From NCBI GenBank assembly GCA_012295275.1, contig CM022677.1, positions 7,316,001-7,380,000 of the forward strand: 64,000 nucleotides of DNA, given 5' to 3'. Below the pieces are notes generated by a model. It ran no database searches. It was not told the origin of the DNA and worked only from the letters and a program-made list of their open reading frames with translations. The translations under genes and the position numbers were made by a program. The stretch is from Chrysomallon squamiferum. Lineage: Eukaryota > Animalia > Mollusca. This document shows positions 41,860-54,047 of this stretch, one piece after another; the stretch's first letter is position 1, and each line of letters begins with the position of its first letter.

Positions 41860-42060
41860 TCATTATACACTGCTGTCAATAAACATCTCTGCATAATTAA
41901 TGTTATTACACACTCCTGATAATAAAGATATCTGCATAATTAATGTCATGACACACTACTGAAAATAAAGATGTCTGCATAATTAGTAGCATGACACACT
42001 ACTGACAATAAACATCTCTGAATTAATGTTATTACACTGCTGACAATAAACATATCTATA
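41860..42060. repeat. Degenerate tandem repeat of about 43 bp
   Basis: The recurring unit is ACACACTACTGACAATAAACATCTCTGCATAATTAATGTTATT. Confidence 0.8.
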
Positions 42061-42240
42061 TAGTTATTATTATTATATGCTATGGTTAGCAAACATCTAT
42101 GTATAAAGATCTGTGGTATAATTACTGTTATTACTTGCTATTAAAACAAGCATCTAAAATATTAGAATCATTATTATTGTTCCTTATATATATATAGAAA
42201 CCAAAAATAGTCACCATTTCACCAATCGAAGTGGGAGATT

Positions 42241-42880
42241 TCATTCCATTAGCTGTTCAATTATCTCACTTTGTTCAGAAATAATTTGTTTCATCCTCTC
42301 TTTTTTTTCATCCATCAAAGATTTAGTGTTGCTAGCTGGAACAAAAAATTAAGAGATACCCAAAATACAATATCGTTAGTAAAATCATAAATGTAATATA
42401 AATAACATTAGGAGACTCTGATTATATTCTAATGAGTATGTTGTCATCGTATCAATCACTTTAACATTTATATACCACAAAATGGACGATTTTGCAATGT
42501 CAGTTTACTGGAATAAAAGAGTGCGCACACTAGTAAGCATAAACCTCCTACTTTGGGAATACAGTAATGATTTGGTATGTGAAAACCCTGATACTTCTGA
42601 AACCTTTTTGGGCTTTAATACTTACTGTGAATGTTAATGATATGGTGCAATGGGTATGTGGATGTATGTATGTATGTATGTATGTATGTGTTTATGTGTA
42701 TGTATGTATGTAAGTATGTATGTGTTTATGTGTGTGTATGTATGTATGTATGTATGTGTGTGTGTGTGTGTATGTAAGTATGTATGTTTATGTGTGTATA
42801 TATGTATATATATGTATGTATGTGTTTATGTGTATATGTATGTATGTGTTTATGTGTGTATGTATGTATGTAAGTATGTA

Positions 42881-42911
<31 letters not shown>

Positions 42912-42974
42912 GTGTATGTAAGTATGTATGTATGTGTTTATGTGTGTGTGTATGTATGTATGTATGTATGTGTT

Positions 42975-43010
<36 letters not shown>

Positions 43011-43749
43011 CACATACAATCACACACAATCATAAATATGTAGATAGAGATATTCATACATACAAATATACAAACATATATACATACATATACAAAGATA
43101 TAAACAGAAAATAAAATTTTATATCAGTCTATTTTTAAACACTGAAGTGTTTGTTTTTTAAATTATTTTTAATTTACTTAATTATATTTTATTCTTTCTA
43201 AGTTATTACATTTTATATATACTTTATTTATTTTATTCTTTTTAATTTATTTAATTTTAAATATACATTATATTATTTATGTCTTAATTCATTACATATA
43301 CTTATTTTTACTAATCTATGGTTACCAGTAGTGTAATTTCAAAAATGAATATATTAACTTACACTTATCATCAGAACAATAATAAAATGTTGTCCAAACC
43401 GATCCTGAAAATGTTTCATGAGGAAGGGGAAACTCCTCAGACAAATACAAAATCTTTCCCAGTAATGTATAAGCATGGTAATAAATTTCCTAGAAGTAAA
43501 CATGATATTTTAAATTAGTTTTATCACTTTAAATATATATTAATATAAACTCTATCGTATATAAACATATGTATACAGACATCTATTTTATTTTATTGAC
43601 AATAACGGCGGTTTGCAATTTGACTAAAATAGGCCGATTTGGCCACAAGCAATTTTCGAATATATCTGAGATCCATGACTTTTGACACCCTTCTCTTTTA
43701 CACCCATTCTATAGTTGAATTTAGACAAACATAGAAAACTGATCCGATT

Positions 43750-43782
<33 letters not shown>

Positions 43783-46492
43783 GATAAATAAATAAATAAA
43801 TAATCATCCTCTTTTCCTACCTACCTTCCTTATTTGAAAATAAATACATTAACTGTAGCTGCTACCATTCTGAATAAAAAGACAGTTTGACAAGCCAAAA
43901 ATAATAATAATAATAATAATAGTAATAATTGTAATATAATAATAATAATAAATAAATAAATAAAATAAAATTATGATATTTAATGTAAATTTAATTTAAA
44001 AAAAAAAAATGATTTATTTATTTACTTTATTATTATTAGATTTATTATTATATATATAGTTTTTTTGCATCAAAAGAACAAATTATTTAAATTTTGAGAA
44101 ATAAATCTTATTTCTACTAACACGTCACACGGGTATGCAAACTTTATTTTACTAACACAAACGAACAATCTATTCTTGTTCAAACTTACAGAAATAGCTA
44201 TATATCTGTCCTCTCTATTTTAGTTTGATATTTGAAAATATTAACCTGAAACCAGGTTGAAATAGTTAAACAGCGAACATCAGGATTCAGACGAATTTGA
44301 TGGAAAGTTTTTTCATCTTCATTACCAAAAACGACGGCAACAAGGGCAGAGAACTCTTTTCTTTTTATTCTGAGATTCTTTTCCCGGTTTAATATCAAGA
44401 TAAATCTCAGAAGGTAACACTTGAAAGCCTTCTTTGTTTCATATCTCTCAAACCACGGTTTGCTAGAATCTGAAAAACACCCTATAAAAATAATAAATAA
44501 ATAAATAAAATATGTGTGTGTGTGTGTGTGTGTGTGCGTGCGTGTGTGTGTGAAATTAGGAATGAATATTCAGTTGTCGTGAAATTTTCTGATTAGACTC
44601 TGCACTTTGTATCTGGAAACGCACTGGTACAGAAAATCCAATAATCAAATGAGAAATACCAGACGCCGCTGACGAGACTCAAACGTATTACACCCTTTCA
44701 CCTCGATTCCAGAGGCAGACGACAATATTACCGTGACAACGCCGACTGCCTACATGTGTGTATGCGCATGCAAGCATGGGTATGTGTCTATAAGTAGGTC
44801 TCACGTAAATATATACGTGCTTATGTTATATAGCCTGCTATTGTTTCGTTATGAAATAATAATTACAATCTTCAAATTTCTCTTTATTCTTATTTAAATT
44901 ATTATTATCAAAACTATTTTTTCTCGGACAGAATAAAAAATAAATAAATAAATAAAAAGAAAACGAAAATAAGAAACAATCTAAAAAAAACAAAAAAACA
45001 AACAAAAAAACCCTATCAAAAACAAGAACAAGAAACAAACAAACAAAACAATTTTGCTTGTTTACCCAAGGCTCGATCCATGCAAGTCATGATACGGTGA
45101 AAATGTTTTTTATTTTCAGCAGTCCTTTCTTTGTCTATGTCCTGTATTCGTGGAACGTCACTGTCGTCTGCAGCATCCACCTAAACAAAATTCTAAGAGT
45201 TGTATATCTGATACAAGTGTATAGTGTTTGTAATTTAATTAGTGCAGATATTATTAAGTTCAATAATGTACCAAAATAGGTGCGCATATAATTGTGATGC
45301 AGGTGAGTAATATACATATTTGAGATTTATTTAACACAAGTGTTTGATGTAACAAGTACAGTTTATTTATTTCAGTTTCAGAATTTATAAGAATGTTATA
45401 TTTAGTTAATTATGGACTATGATAGTTAATTAGAAAAACAAAATCATAACAACAACAACAAATAAATCCAGTTCAGAAATACATCAAATGACACAATAGC
45501 ATTCGTTCGATTTAAATTCACTCAACATAATGTGCATCACATGTTTATGATCTTAGTCATACTTCACGATCAGCTCGGATATTCTTCTCAGTCAGGGTAC
45601 ATTTTGAATAATTAAAGCCGTACCTGAAACTCCATTACTTCCTCACAGGTTGATTCATATTCCGTGACACAGTTATTATCCCTCGGCAAAACCATCTTAG
45701 AGGAGCCAGCGCCTCGTGCACGCTTTGGTCTTCTAACAGCACAGGCCTCCAGAAGAATCCGTTGTTTAAACCCTTCACGATGCCGCTGAGTTGTCCACTC
45801 CTGATTCTTTCTTCAATGATTAAGGTAGTTTTATCTTTACCCGATCTATCCACGCCATCGGTTAATTCCAGTTTGTAAAATTTACGTGAGTGTTCTACAG
45901 CCTTCTGGAACTTTTCATTATCCGTCTACAAACAAAAATATTTCTAAGTATGTATATGCATAATATATATACATATGTAAGGAAATACACATAATGAAAT
46001 TAATTAAAAGTTATAAGTATCTTGGCACAGAATATGGAAGGATATAAACAAAACTGAAGAAAATATTTAAGAAACCACCGATATACAGAACAGAAAACCC
46101 GCATAATTATAATGTTCATTTTCGTGTGTGTGTCATGATGAAAAATATAAAATTAGTTTCAATAATGAATTCATAATAATTATTTCAACGCATCATTTCT
46201 TTGATATTCAATTACTAAAATACATTTTATATGTCTGTACTATTCTTTATTTAAACATACCTTAATGTCTGTATAATTCTTTATTTCACATGTTTGTAAT
46301 ATAAATTATCTGAATAAATCCTAACTTTAATATTTGTGATTTAAATACATCTTTCCTAACTATATCTTATCTGTATCTTCATAATATTCGTTAATTAAAT
46401 ACATTCACTTACTGAAAAATGTCCTACACTTTAGTAATATTTGTTATTTAAATGCATCTCACATGTATGTAATATTAGTTAAATAAGCCAGC

Positions 46493-46569
<77 letters not shown>

Positions 46570-49322
46570 GTAAAAATGTAACATACCATTGTTTTAGCTA
46601 GACGTGGATGGTTATCCAAAGTCCTGCATGCCTGTATCAGTTCAGCTGCCTCTTTAAAACGACACTGATAGTTAACATCCTGACCCAGTTCATCGAGAAC
46701 CGGGCGAGTGAAATCATTTCCAACTATAATGCTCATTTCCACAAGCTGATCGACATCATCAAACTGAAACAAAGATTCATTTTTCATATTCCAATATACA
46801 ATCTACATTTCTGTGAGTTGATATAAATGATCACACTGAAATAATAATGTATTCACTATTACAAAGTACTGTACTCATTTCTATGTGTTGAGATAAATGA
46901 TCAACAGTATCAGTCGTAACATAATACTAGTATAGACATAACATAATAACTGTAGAAGTCGTAATATAATAACAGTAGCAGTAATACAATAACAGTACAA
47001 GATGTGATATAATAACGATACCAGTGGTAATATAATAACAATAATACTAGCATCAGTTACAGTGTTAGCACATACTAATACAATTTCAAAATTATTTTAT
47101 TACTTTGAGTTGCTCTCTTAGTTTATCAGACGTTATCATCTCACAACGCAAATGTTGAAGATTCTTTGGCCATCTCATTTCTTCATTTATAGGCCAAATT
47201 CCTCTGAATGGAATCACCTTGCTTTCTCTAAATATACAGAAATCTGCGTCATTTGATAAAATGGCAAACGCTTTCTCCCGTTCCTGTAATTCTTTAGCTA
47301 TAACAGGATCAGCCTCAGAAAGAGACTGAACGATTTCACATTCACATTGTTTTATAATGGAGAACATTTCAGTGTCAAAATTAGCCGGGATTGGCGGCTC
47401 AACTGATCTGAGAGTAGAAATAGGTTTTTTTCGTGAACAAACATCAAGTATCTGTAAAGAAACAAATACAAATTATTATTATTATTATTATTAAATTTTC
47501 GCCGTGTTAATTAAGTATGCAGCATAGATTAGTATTCTAAAATTTTATTTTCAAAATATGATAATATAAAGCTACCATTACAAAGCACTTCTACAATTTG
47601 TTATCTTTGGTTTTATCAATCTTACTGATGGAGGTTTTCTTTGGCTTTGATTTGCATTCGATGTGTATCTATATTAGAAATGTATCCGTATGTACTTTAC
47701 AGTGTATATATATATATATATGATCCGAATATTTACCGTATGTTTCAAATTCCACGAAAACTAGTCATGTGTTATTTCACTTTGTTAATTTGCCAACATT
47801 ATCGGCCTAATTTCGTAGAAAATAAATATTGCATTAAAATATGTATTTGTTATCACATTTCTAATCCTGTATCTAGTTGCACAAAACAAATAAATTCGCT
47901 GAATGGATGTAAACTTTATTTTTGCATAACATTACCTTATTAGGAAACATTTCAGAATGATTTTCTAGTTTTACTGAACCAATTCGTGGAATTTAAAAAG
48001 GAAACTAGAAAGTAGTCGTTTATATAATACTGACTGTTCGTTTGAGAGTAAGGAACATCCAGCGAGAACGTGTAAGTTTGATTTAAAATTCTTATTCCTA
48101 TACTTTATATTTAACTGATAGATTATTCATTACTTGTTCATTAAATTATAACTAGGATTAACGAATAGTTTATAGATATATAAGTCATGACTACAAGGAA
48201 GTGTCATATACAAACACTAGAAGGAAACAACACAACACACCACACCAATTACAAATTCATCTTTGTTCAGTAAGATCTCGTAAATTAGTGGGAAAGTTTT
48301 TTGGACCCAGTCAGATTTTGATAGACTAGTAAAAATTGGTATTTACATAAGGATACCGCAAAGATTTTTTCTTTAATTATTTTACTTTTACATTATTGAA
48401 TTTAAAAACTAGATATTCTCAAACTAACAGAAATAGAAAAATCCAACTAAAAACTGCTTTACAAATATGTCTTACATCTTTCCGGTCTGTCTACTCGCTA
48501 TTATATAGAGTAGAATATTTATATACATACATACATACATGCATGTGTACCAATAAATACTCTTGAAATATATCTGTATCTTGTATAGACTATACCAAGT
48601 ACTGGATGTATACCTAAGGTACTTTACATACGTAATGTATAGCTACAATAACCAGATATTTTATACTGTTTACCCGTACACACTACATATATATATCGAT
48701 ATGTTTCGGATTCTATATAATTATATAAAATATCTCGTATATGCTGGAATGGTGGATGTGCATCAAGTGTATAATGAACGTTACCTATACATCTTGGTAT
48801 AGTCTATACAAGATACAGATATATTTCAAGTATTTACTGGTACACACGATATGAATCCAGAAGCGTTAGTTTGTATGGACACATAAGGTATGAATTTTTG
48901 TAATATAAAACATACAGTACGAACTGGTCATACACGTGCATAGGTAATTGCATACTAACCTTGTCTTTCTTTTTTATTTCTTCTTGGCGATACTCGGACA
49001 CTATTTTCCATTTGCTGTGTGTTTTATCAAAATAGTTTCCTCTACTACCATGAACAAAAAACACAAGTGTGATTCCAAGTGACTTTAGATCAGTGATAAA
49101 TTTACTGATGTAAGCCTCTATAGATGCATACTCTGCTCCACAGATTTGCAAATATAGATTCCGGTTAAGACTTTTCCAAAAAGGTTTTAGCAGATAATAT
49201 CTGAATGAACTGAAATCAACAAGAATTTCAATTCCTTTCCGCTCCCTTGCTACCTCGACAAGGTCAAGTTTTTCCGTACATTTATTTTCGAAGCAGTAGT
49301 TGAACAGACCTTTGATTCCCAT
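42241..49322 (-). CDS. Asteroid/FAM120-like PIN-domain nuclease, copy 2, 8 coding exons, about 575 aa
   Basis: Phase-compatible GT-AG exons: 49322-48960, 47451-47104 (SEAD, ILSNDADF), 46763-46587 (IIVGNDF), 45925-45647, 45180-45066, 44469-44246 (EFSALVAVV, DVRCLTISTWFQ), 43489-43363 (PLPHETFSGSVW) and 42335-42241 (TGA). Total 1728 nt. The exon 4 donor CCT|GTGAGG is the least certain junction. Confidence 0.8.
44575..44750 (-). mobile_element. Probable tRNA-derived SINE in an intron of PIN gene copy 2
   Basis: The minus strand begins GGCAGTCGGCGTTGTCACGGT (A-box-like), followed by GTTTGAGTC (B-box-like). It is GC-richer than its flanks. Confidence 0.45.
47722..48502. mobile_element. Unclassified insertion of about 780 bp in intron 1 of PIN copies 2 and 3
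   Basis: It starts GATCCGAATATTTACC right after a (TA)n tract and is absent at the equivalent site of copy 1 (~200-220). A more diverged copy of the same end lies at ~51600-51845. Confidence 0.6.
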
Positions 49323-49457
49323 GTCTATTTTTGTTTTCCTGCAAATTCAAAAACGAATATGAATATCGTTTTAGAAAATTATATAAACATTATTTTAAAA
49401 TTAACACCGTATTTACTTATTATAAATATTGTTTTTCCTTATATTGTTTTCATTATA

Positions 49458-49960
49458 AAAGAAAAATAATAGTTATATAACTGGAACTGCAAAAAAAAGC
49501 TTATTATGTTTATTATGTTTATTTAAATAATTGTATACTATTACTATTCGATCTTTGTACACACAATAATCGAAGTGTTACAACAGTGTCGTAATATTAC
49601 AGCTTATGTAAATAAATACTTATATAGTAATAATGATAATTATATTAATAATTATATAATAAAACTATATTTTCACGAGAAATTAGAATGCTCAACGCAA
49701 GCCTCCCAAATAGTGCATATTTTAAAAATGATAAAGAATTTACAGAAGTGAAATTGTATTCGTTATTTAAAATGAACTATAATTAATTTTATTTTCGAAA
49801 TATTTCTGCAGTTTCGAATACAAATAGCATCTTTATGTTGAAAAACCTCAGTCGCTGCATATTTCTCATAAATCGATGTACATAGCAAATCATTTAAATT
49901 AAACTGAAACTACATGCCTGTAGCATAGGAATAAAATGAAGATGATGATGATAATAATAA
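49458..49960 (+). repeat. Duplicate of 3417-3890 (upstream region of the PIN gene)
   Basis: Shared blocks include TATAACTGGAACTGCAAAAA, GAAATTAGAATGCTCAACG and GAATTTACAGAAGTGAAATT. Confidence 0.88.
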
Positions 49961-50268
49961 TAAAAGAAAGATAATATATTTATTATGCTATAAAAGTTAA
50001 GTGTTATGGAAGGAAAAAGAAGAAAAAAGAGAAATACTTTCTGAATGAGTTATGTATTAGGGATGAATTAATGGATGAAGTTTTATCATCTTTATTATCA
50101 CTGACAGTTAATACCAGGCAGTCTGTTTACACAACTTTGGATGGCCGTGAACAGATCATCTCAACAATTTGTCTCTGGATTACTTCACTCAATTAATTCC
50201 CCATGTGGTGAGGTGAGACTGCACTTTCAGATAAACATACATGACAGTTCCACAACTTCCAGAAATAT

Positions 50269-51207
50269 ATATCTCACTTAGCTGGAATGTACTGGAAGAG
50301 ATATCTCACTTAGCTGGACTGTACTGGAAGAGATATCTCACTTAGCTGGAATGTACTGGAAGAGATATCTCACGTAGCTGGAATGTACTGGAAGAGATAT
50401 CTCACTTAGCTGGAATGTACTGGAAGAGATATCTCACTTAGGTGGAATGTACTGGAAGAGATATCTCACTTAGCTGGACTGTACTGGAAGAGATATCTCA
50501 CCTAGGTAGATTGCATTGGAAGAGATATCTCACTTAGCTGGAATGTACTGGAAAAGATATCTCACTTAGCTGGAATGTACTGGAAAAGATATCTCACTTA
50601 GCTGGACTGTACTGGAAGAGATATCTCACTTAGCTGGAATGTACTGGAAAAGATATCTCACTTAGCTGGACTGTACTGGAAGAGATATCTCACTTAGCTT
50701 GAATGTACTGGAAGAAATATCTCACTTAGCTGGACTGTACTGGAAGAGATATCTCACCTAGGTAGATTGGATTGGAAGAGATATCTTACCTAGGTGGACT
50801 GTATTGGCGGAGATATCTCACCTAGGTGGACTGGATTGGAAGAGGTATCTCACCTAGGTGGATTGCATTTGAAGAGACATCTCACCTAGGTGGACTGTAT
50901 TGGCAGAGATATCTCACCTAGGTGGACTGTATTGGCAGAGATATCTCACCTAGGTGGACTGTATTGGCAGAGATATCTCACCTAGGTGGACTGTATTGGA
51001 TGAGACATCTCACCTAGGTGGATTGCATTGGAAGAGATATCTCACCTAGGTGGACTGTATTGGCAGAGACATCTCACCTAGGTGGACTGTATTGGATGAG
51101 ACATCTCACCTAGGTGGACTGTATTGGATGAGACATCTCACCTAGGTGGATTGCATTGGAAGAGATATCTCACCTAGGTGGACTGCATTGGAAGAGACAT
51201 CTCACAT
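50269..51207. repeat. 32-bp minisatellite, about 29 units, two variant domains
   Basis: The unit ATATCTCACTTAGCTGGAATGTACTGGAAGAG changes at ~50750 to ATATCTCACCTAGGTGGACTGTATTGG(A/C)AGAG. Confidence 0.97.
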
Positions 51208-53127
51208 AGATTCTATTTTTGAAAAAAAATACATATTTTATTAAGAGGAGAAAATCGTTGTAAAAGCTAGTACGAAATATTTCCTAATAAAGTAATGTTA
51301 TGTGCACATTTAAATTCTAAAGATATTTGCAAAGCTAAATCACAGTGCCTTTATAAAATTTCAACCATCCAAATCTTACCGATTCCAAAAAATATTCCCG
51401 TCGATTTACGAGATTTTGTCTTTTGTCAGCTAGGCGCAATTTCTATTTAACGTGTTGTTATTTGCTCCTTATGTAAGTGTTTATTATACTTTTTTTTTAA
51501 ATTAAATAACATATATGAAAAGGCAATTCGTGAACCGGAAGTGCATTTTATTTCTCATTTATGTTATTTAGCGAACGTGAGTAAAGAAACTGAAAAAACG
51601 CATTAGGAATTTTCGTGGAATTAGAAAAAGAAAGTGCATATTCGTTCAGCGAATTTATTTGGTTTCTATAACTGGATGCTGGATTAAAGAACACATTTAG
51701 AAATGTGATATAAAATACATATTTTAATGCGAAATTTATTTTGTGCGGAATTTATCTATACATTTTGGCGAACTTGGTTAAACAAAGAGAAAGCACTCAT
51801 GACTGTTTTCGTCGAATTAGAAAAATGAGGTAAATATTCGGATCAGTGAACATATCAGGAAATATCTTCTCTACTGAGTGGGCTCCCTTCGCTCACTCAG
51901 CACAAAAATAATAATAATAATAATAATAAAAATATAGCGACTCTTCAAGTTTCTTTTTGTTTTGTTAATATGAAATAACTCCTAACCTGTACATAACACA
52001 TATTTCTACCTTTTATTTAACAAAACTATGACAGTTCTACATTCTTATTCACTTTTATCAGTCATGTAGACTTAAATGTGACAATTGTCAGCCGATATAT
52101 AACAATACAGAAAGAGAAATTAGGATACTGAGATATGAAAGAAAAATAGCGAGTAGACAGACCGGAAAGATGTAAGACATATTTGTAAAGCAGGTCTTAG
52201 TTGGATTTTTCTATTTCTGTTAGTTTGAGAATATCTAGTTTTTAAATTCAATAATGTAAAAGTAAAATAATTAAAGAAAAAATCTTTGCGGTATCCTTAT
52301 GTAAATACCAATTTTTACTAGTCTATCAAAATCTGACTGGGTCCAAAAAACGTTCCCACTAATTTACGAGATCTTACTGAACAAAGATGAATTTGTAATT
52401 GGTGTGGTGTGTTGTTTCCTTCTAGTGTTTGTATATGACACTTCCTTGTAGTCATGACTTATATATCTATAAACTATTCGTTAATCCTAGTTATAATTTA
52501 ATGAACAAGTAATGAATAATCTATCAGTTAAATATAAAGTATAGGAATAAGAATTTTAAATCAAACTTACACGTTCTCGCTGGATGTTCCTTACTCTCAA
52601 ACGAACAGTCAGTATTATATAAACAACTACTTTCTAGTTTCCTTTTTAAATTCCACGAATTGGTTCAGTAAAACTAGAAAATCATCTAATGTTATGCAAA
52701 AATAAAGTTTACATTCATTCAGCGAATTTATTTGTTTTGTGCAACTAGATACAGGATTAGAAATGTGATATCAAATACATATTTTAATGCAATATTTATT
52801 TTCTACGAAATTAGGCCGATAATGTTGGCGAATTAACAAAGTGAAATAACACATAACTAGTTTTCGTGGAATTTGAAACATACGGTAAATATTCGGATCA
52901 TATATATATATATGTACTGTAAAGTACATACGGATTCATTTCTAATATAGATACACATCGAATGCATGTCAAAGTTGAAAAAAAACCTCCGTCAGTAAGA
53001 TTGATAAAACGAAAGATAACAAATTGTAGAAGTGCTTTGTAATGGTAGCTTTATATTATCATATTTTGAAAATAAAATTTTGGAATACTAATCTATGTTG
53101 CATACTTAATTAACATGGCGATTGAAA

Positions 53128-53167
<40 letters not shown>

Positions 53168-53202
53168 CATAATCATAATCATTTTTATTTGTTTCTTTAC
53201 AG

Positions 53203-53549
53203 ATACTTGATGTTTGTACACAAACGAACATTTTTCTACTCTCAGATCAGTTGAGCCGCCAATCCCGGCTAATTTTGACACTGAAATATTCTCCATTATA
53301 AAACAGTGTGAATGTGAAATCGTTCAGTGTCTTTCTGAGGCTGATCATGTTATAGCTAAAGAATTGCAGGAACGGGAAAAAGCGTTTGCCATTTTATCAA
53401 ATGACGCAGATTTCTGTATATTTAGAGAAAGCAAGGTGATTCCATTCAGAGGATGTTGGCCTATAAATGAAGAAATGAGATGGCCAAAGAATCTTCAACA
53501 TTTGCGTTGTGAGATGATAACGTCTGATAAACTAAGAGAGCAACTCAAA
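53203..53549 (+). pseudogene. Asteroid-like PIN nuclease copy 3: isolated, inverted exon 2 with a 1-bp deletion
   Basis: It has a TTACAG|ATACTTGAT acceptor and an AAA|GTAATA donor as in copy 2 exon 2, but is 347 nt rather than 348, with the frameshift in the first 11 codons. No exon 1 or exon 3 homolog lies in the duplicated arm. Confidence 0.85.
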
Positions 53550-53659
53550 GTAATAAAATAATTTTGAAACTCTGTTTGTATGTGCTAACACAGTAACTGC
53601 TGCTAGTATTATTGTTATTATATTACCACTGGTACTGTTATTATATCTCACTAAACTCA

Positions 53660-54047
53660 TATTACTACCATTTCTACAGTTATTACATTCAAATAAGAAA
53701 TATAACAGAAAACTCATAGTGCAGCTTCTATTACTACCAGCTCAACATTTATTACATCCAAATAGGAAATATAACTGAAAACTGCAGCTTCTGCTACTAC
53801 TACGTCTATAGTTATTACATCCAAATAAGATATACAACTGATAACTCATGTAGCTTCTATTACTACCAGTTCTACAGTTATTACATCCAAATAAGAAATG
53901 TAAGTGAAAACTCATCGTGCAACTTTTATTATTACTACTTCTACAGTTATTTGGATGTAATAACTGTAGAACTGGTAGCAATAGAAGCTGCACTATGAGT
54001 TTTCAGTTATATTTCTTATTTGGAGGTAATAACTGTAGAAGTAGTAG
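53660..54047. repeat. Tandem repeat of about 60-70 bp that flips orientation at ~53950
   Basis: CTACAGTTATTACATCCAAATAAGAAATATAACTGAAAACTC units are followed by their reverse complement (TTGGATGTAATAACTGTAGAAC...). Confidence 0.85.

Larger units (their letters stand above)
47019..53634. repeat. Inverted duplication: arms 47019-48502 and 52145-53634, spacer about 3.6 kb
   Basis: The arms are reverse-complement near-identical across part of intron 1, exon 2 and the start of intron 2 of the PIN gene (e.g. TCCGGTCTGTCTACTCGCTATT vs AATAGCGAGTAGACAGACCGGA). Confidence 0.93.

Noticed and set aside
42650-43114. Long ORFs rich in V/C/Y/M or H/T (also 164-573, 36449-36877, 59075-59296, 63805-63999)
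   Set aside because: They are translations of (GT)n, (GTAT)n and (AT)n microsatellites.
44660-44750. tRNA gene
   Set aside because: Only degenerate A and B boxes are present with no cloverleaf, so it is treated as a SINE head.
50269-51207. CRISPR-like array (32-bp partly palindromic repeat)
   Set aside because: The units are head-to-tail with no unique spacers, there are no cas genes and the context is eukaryotic.
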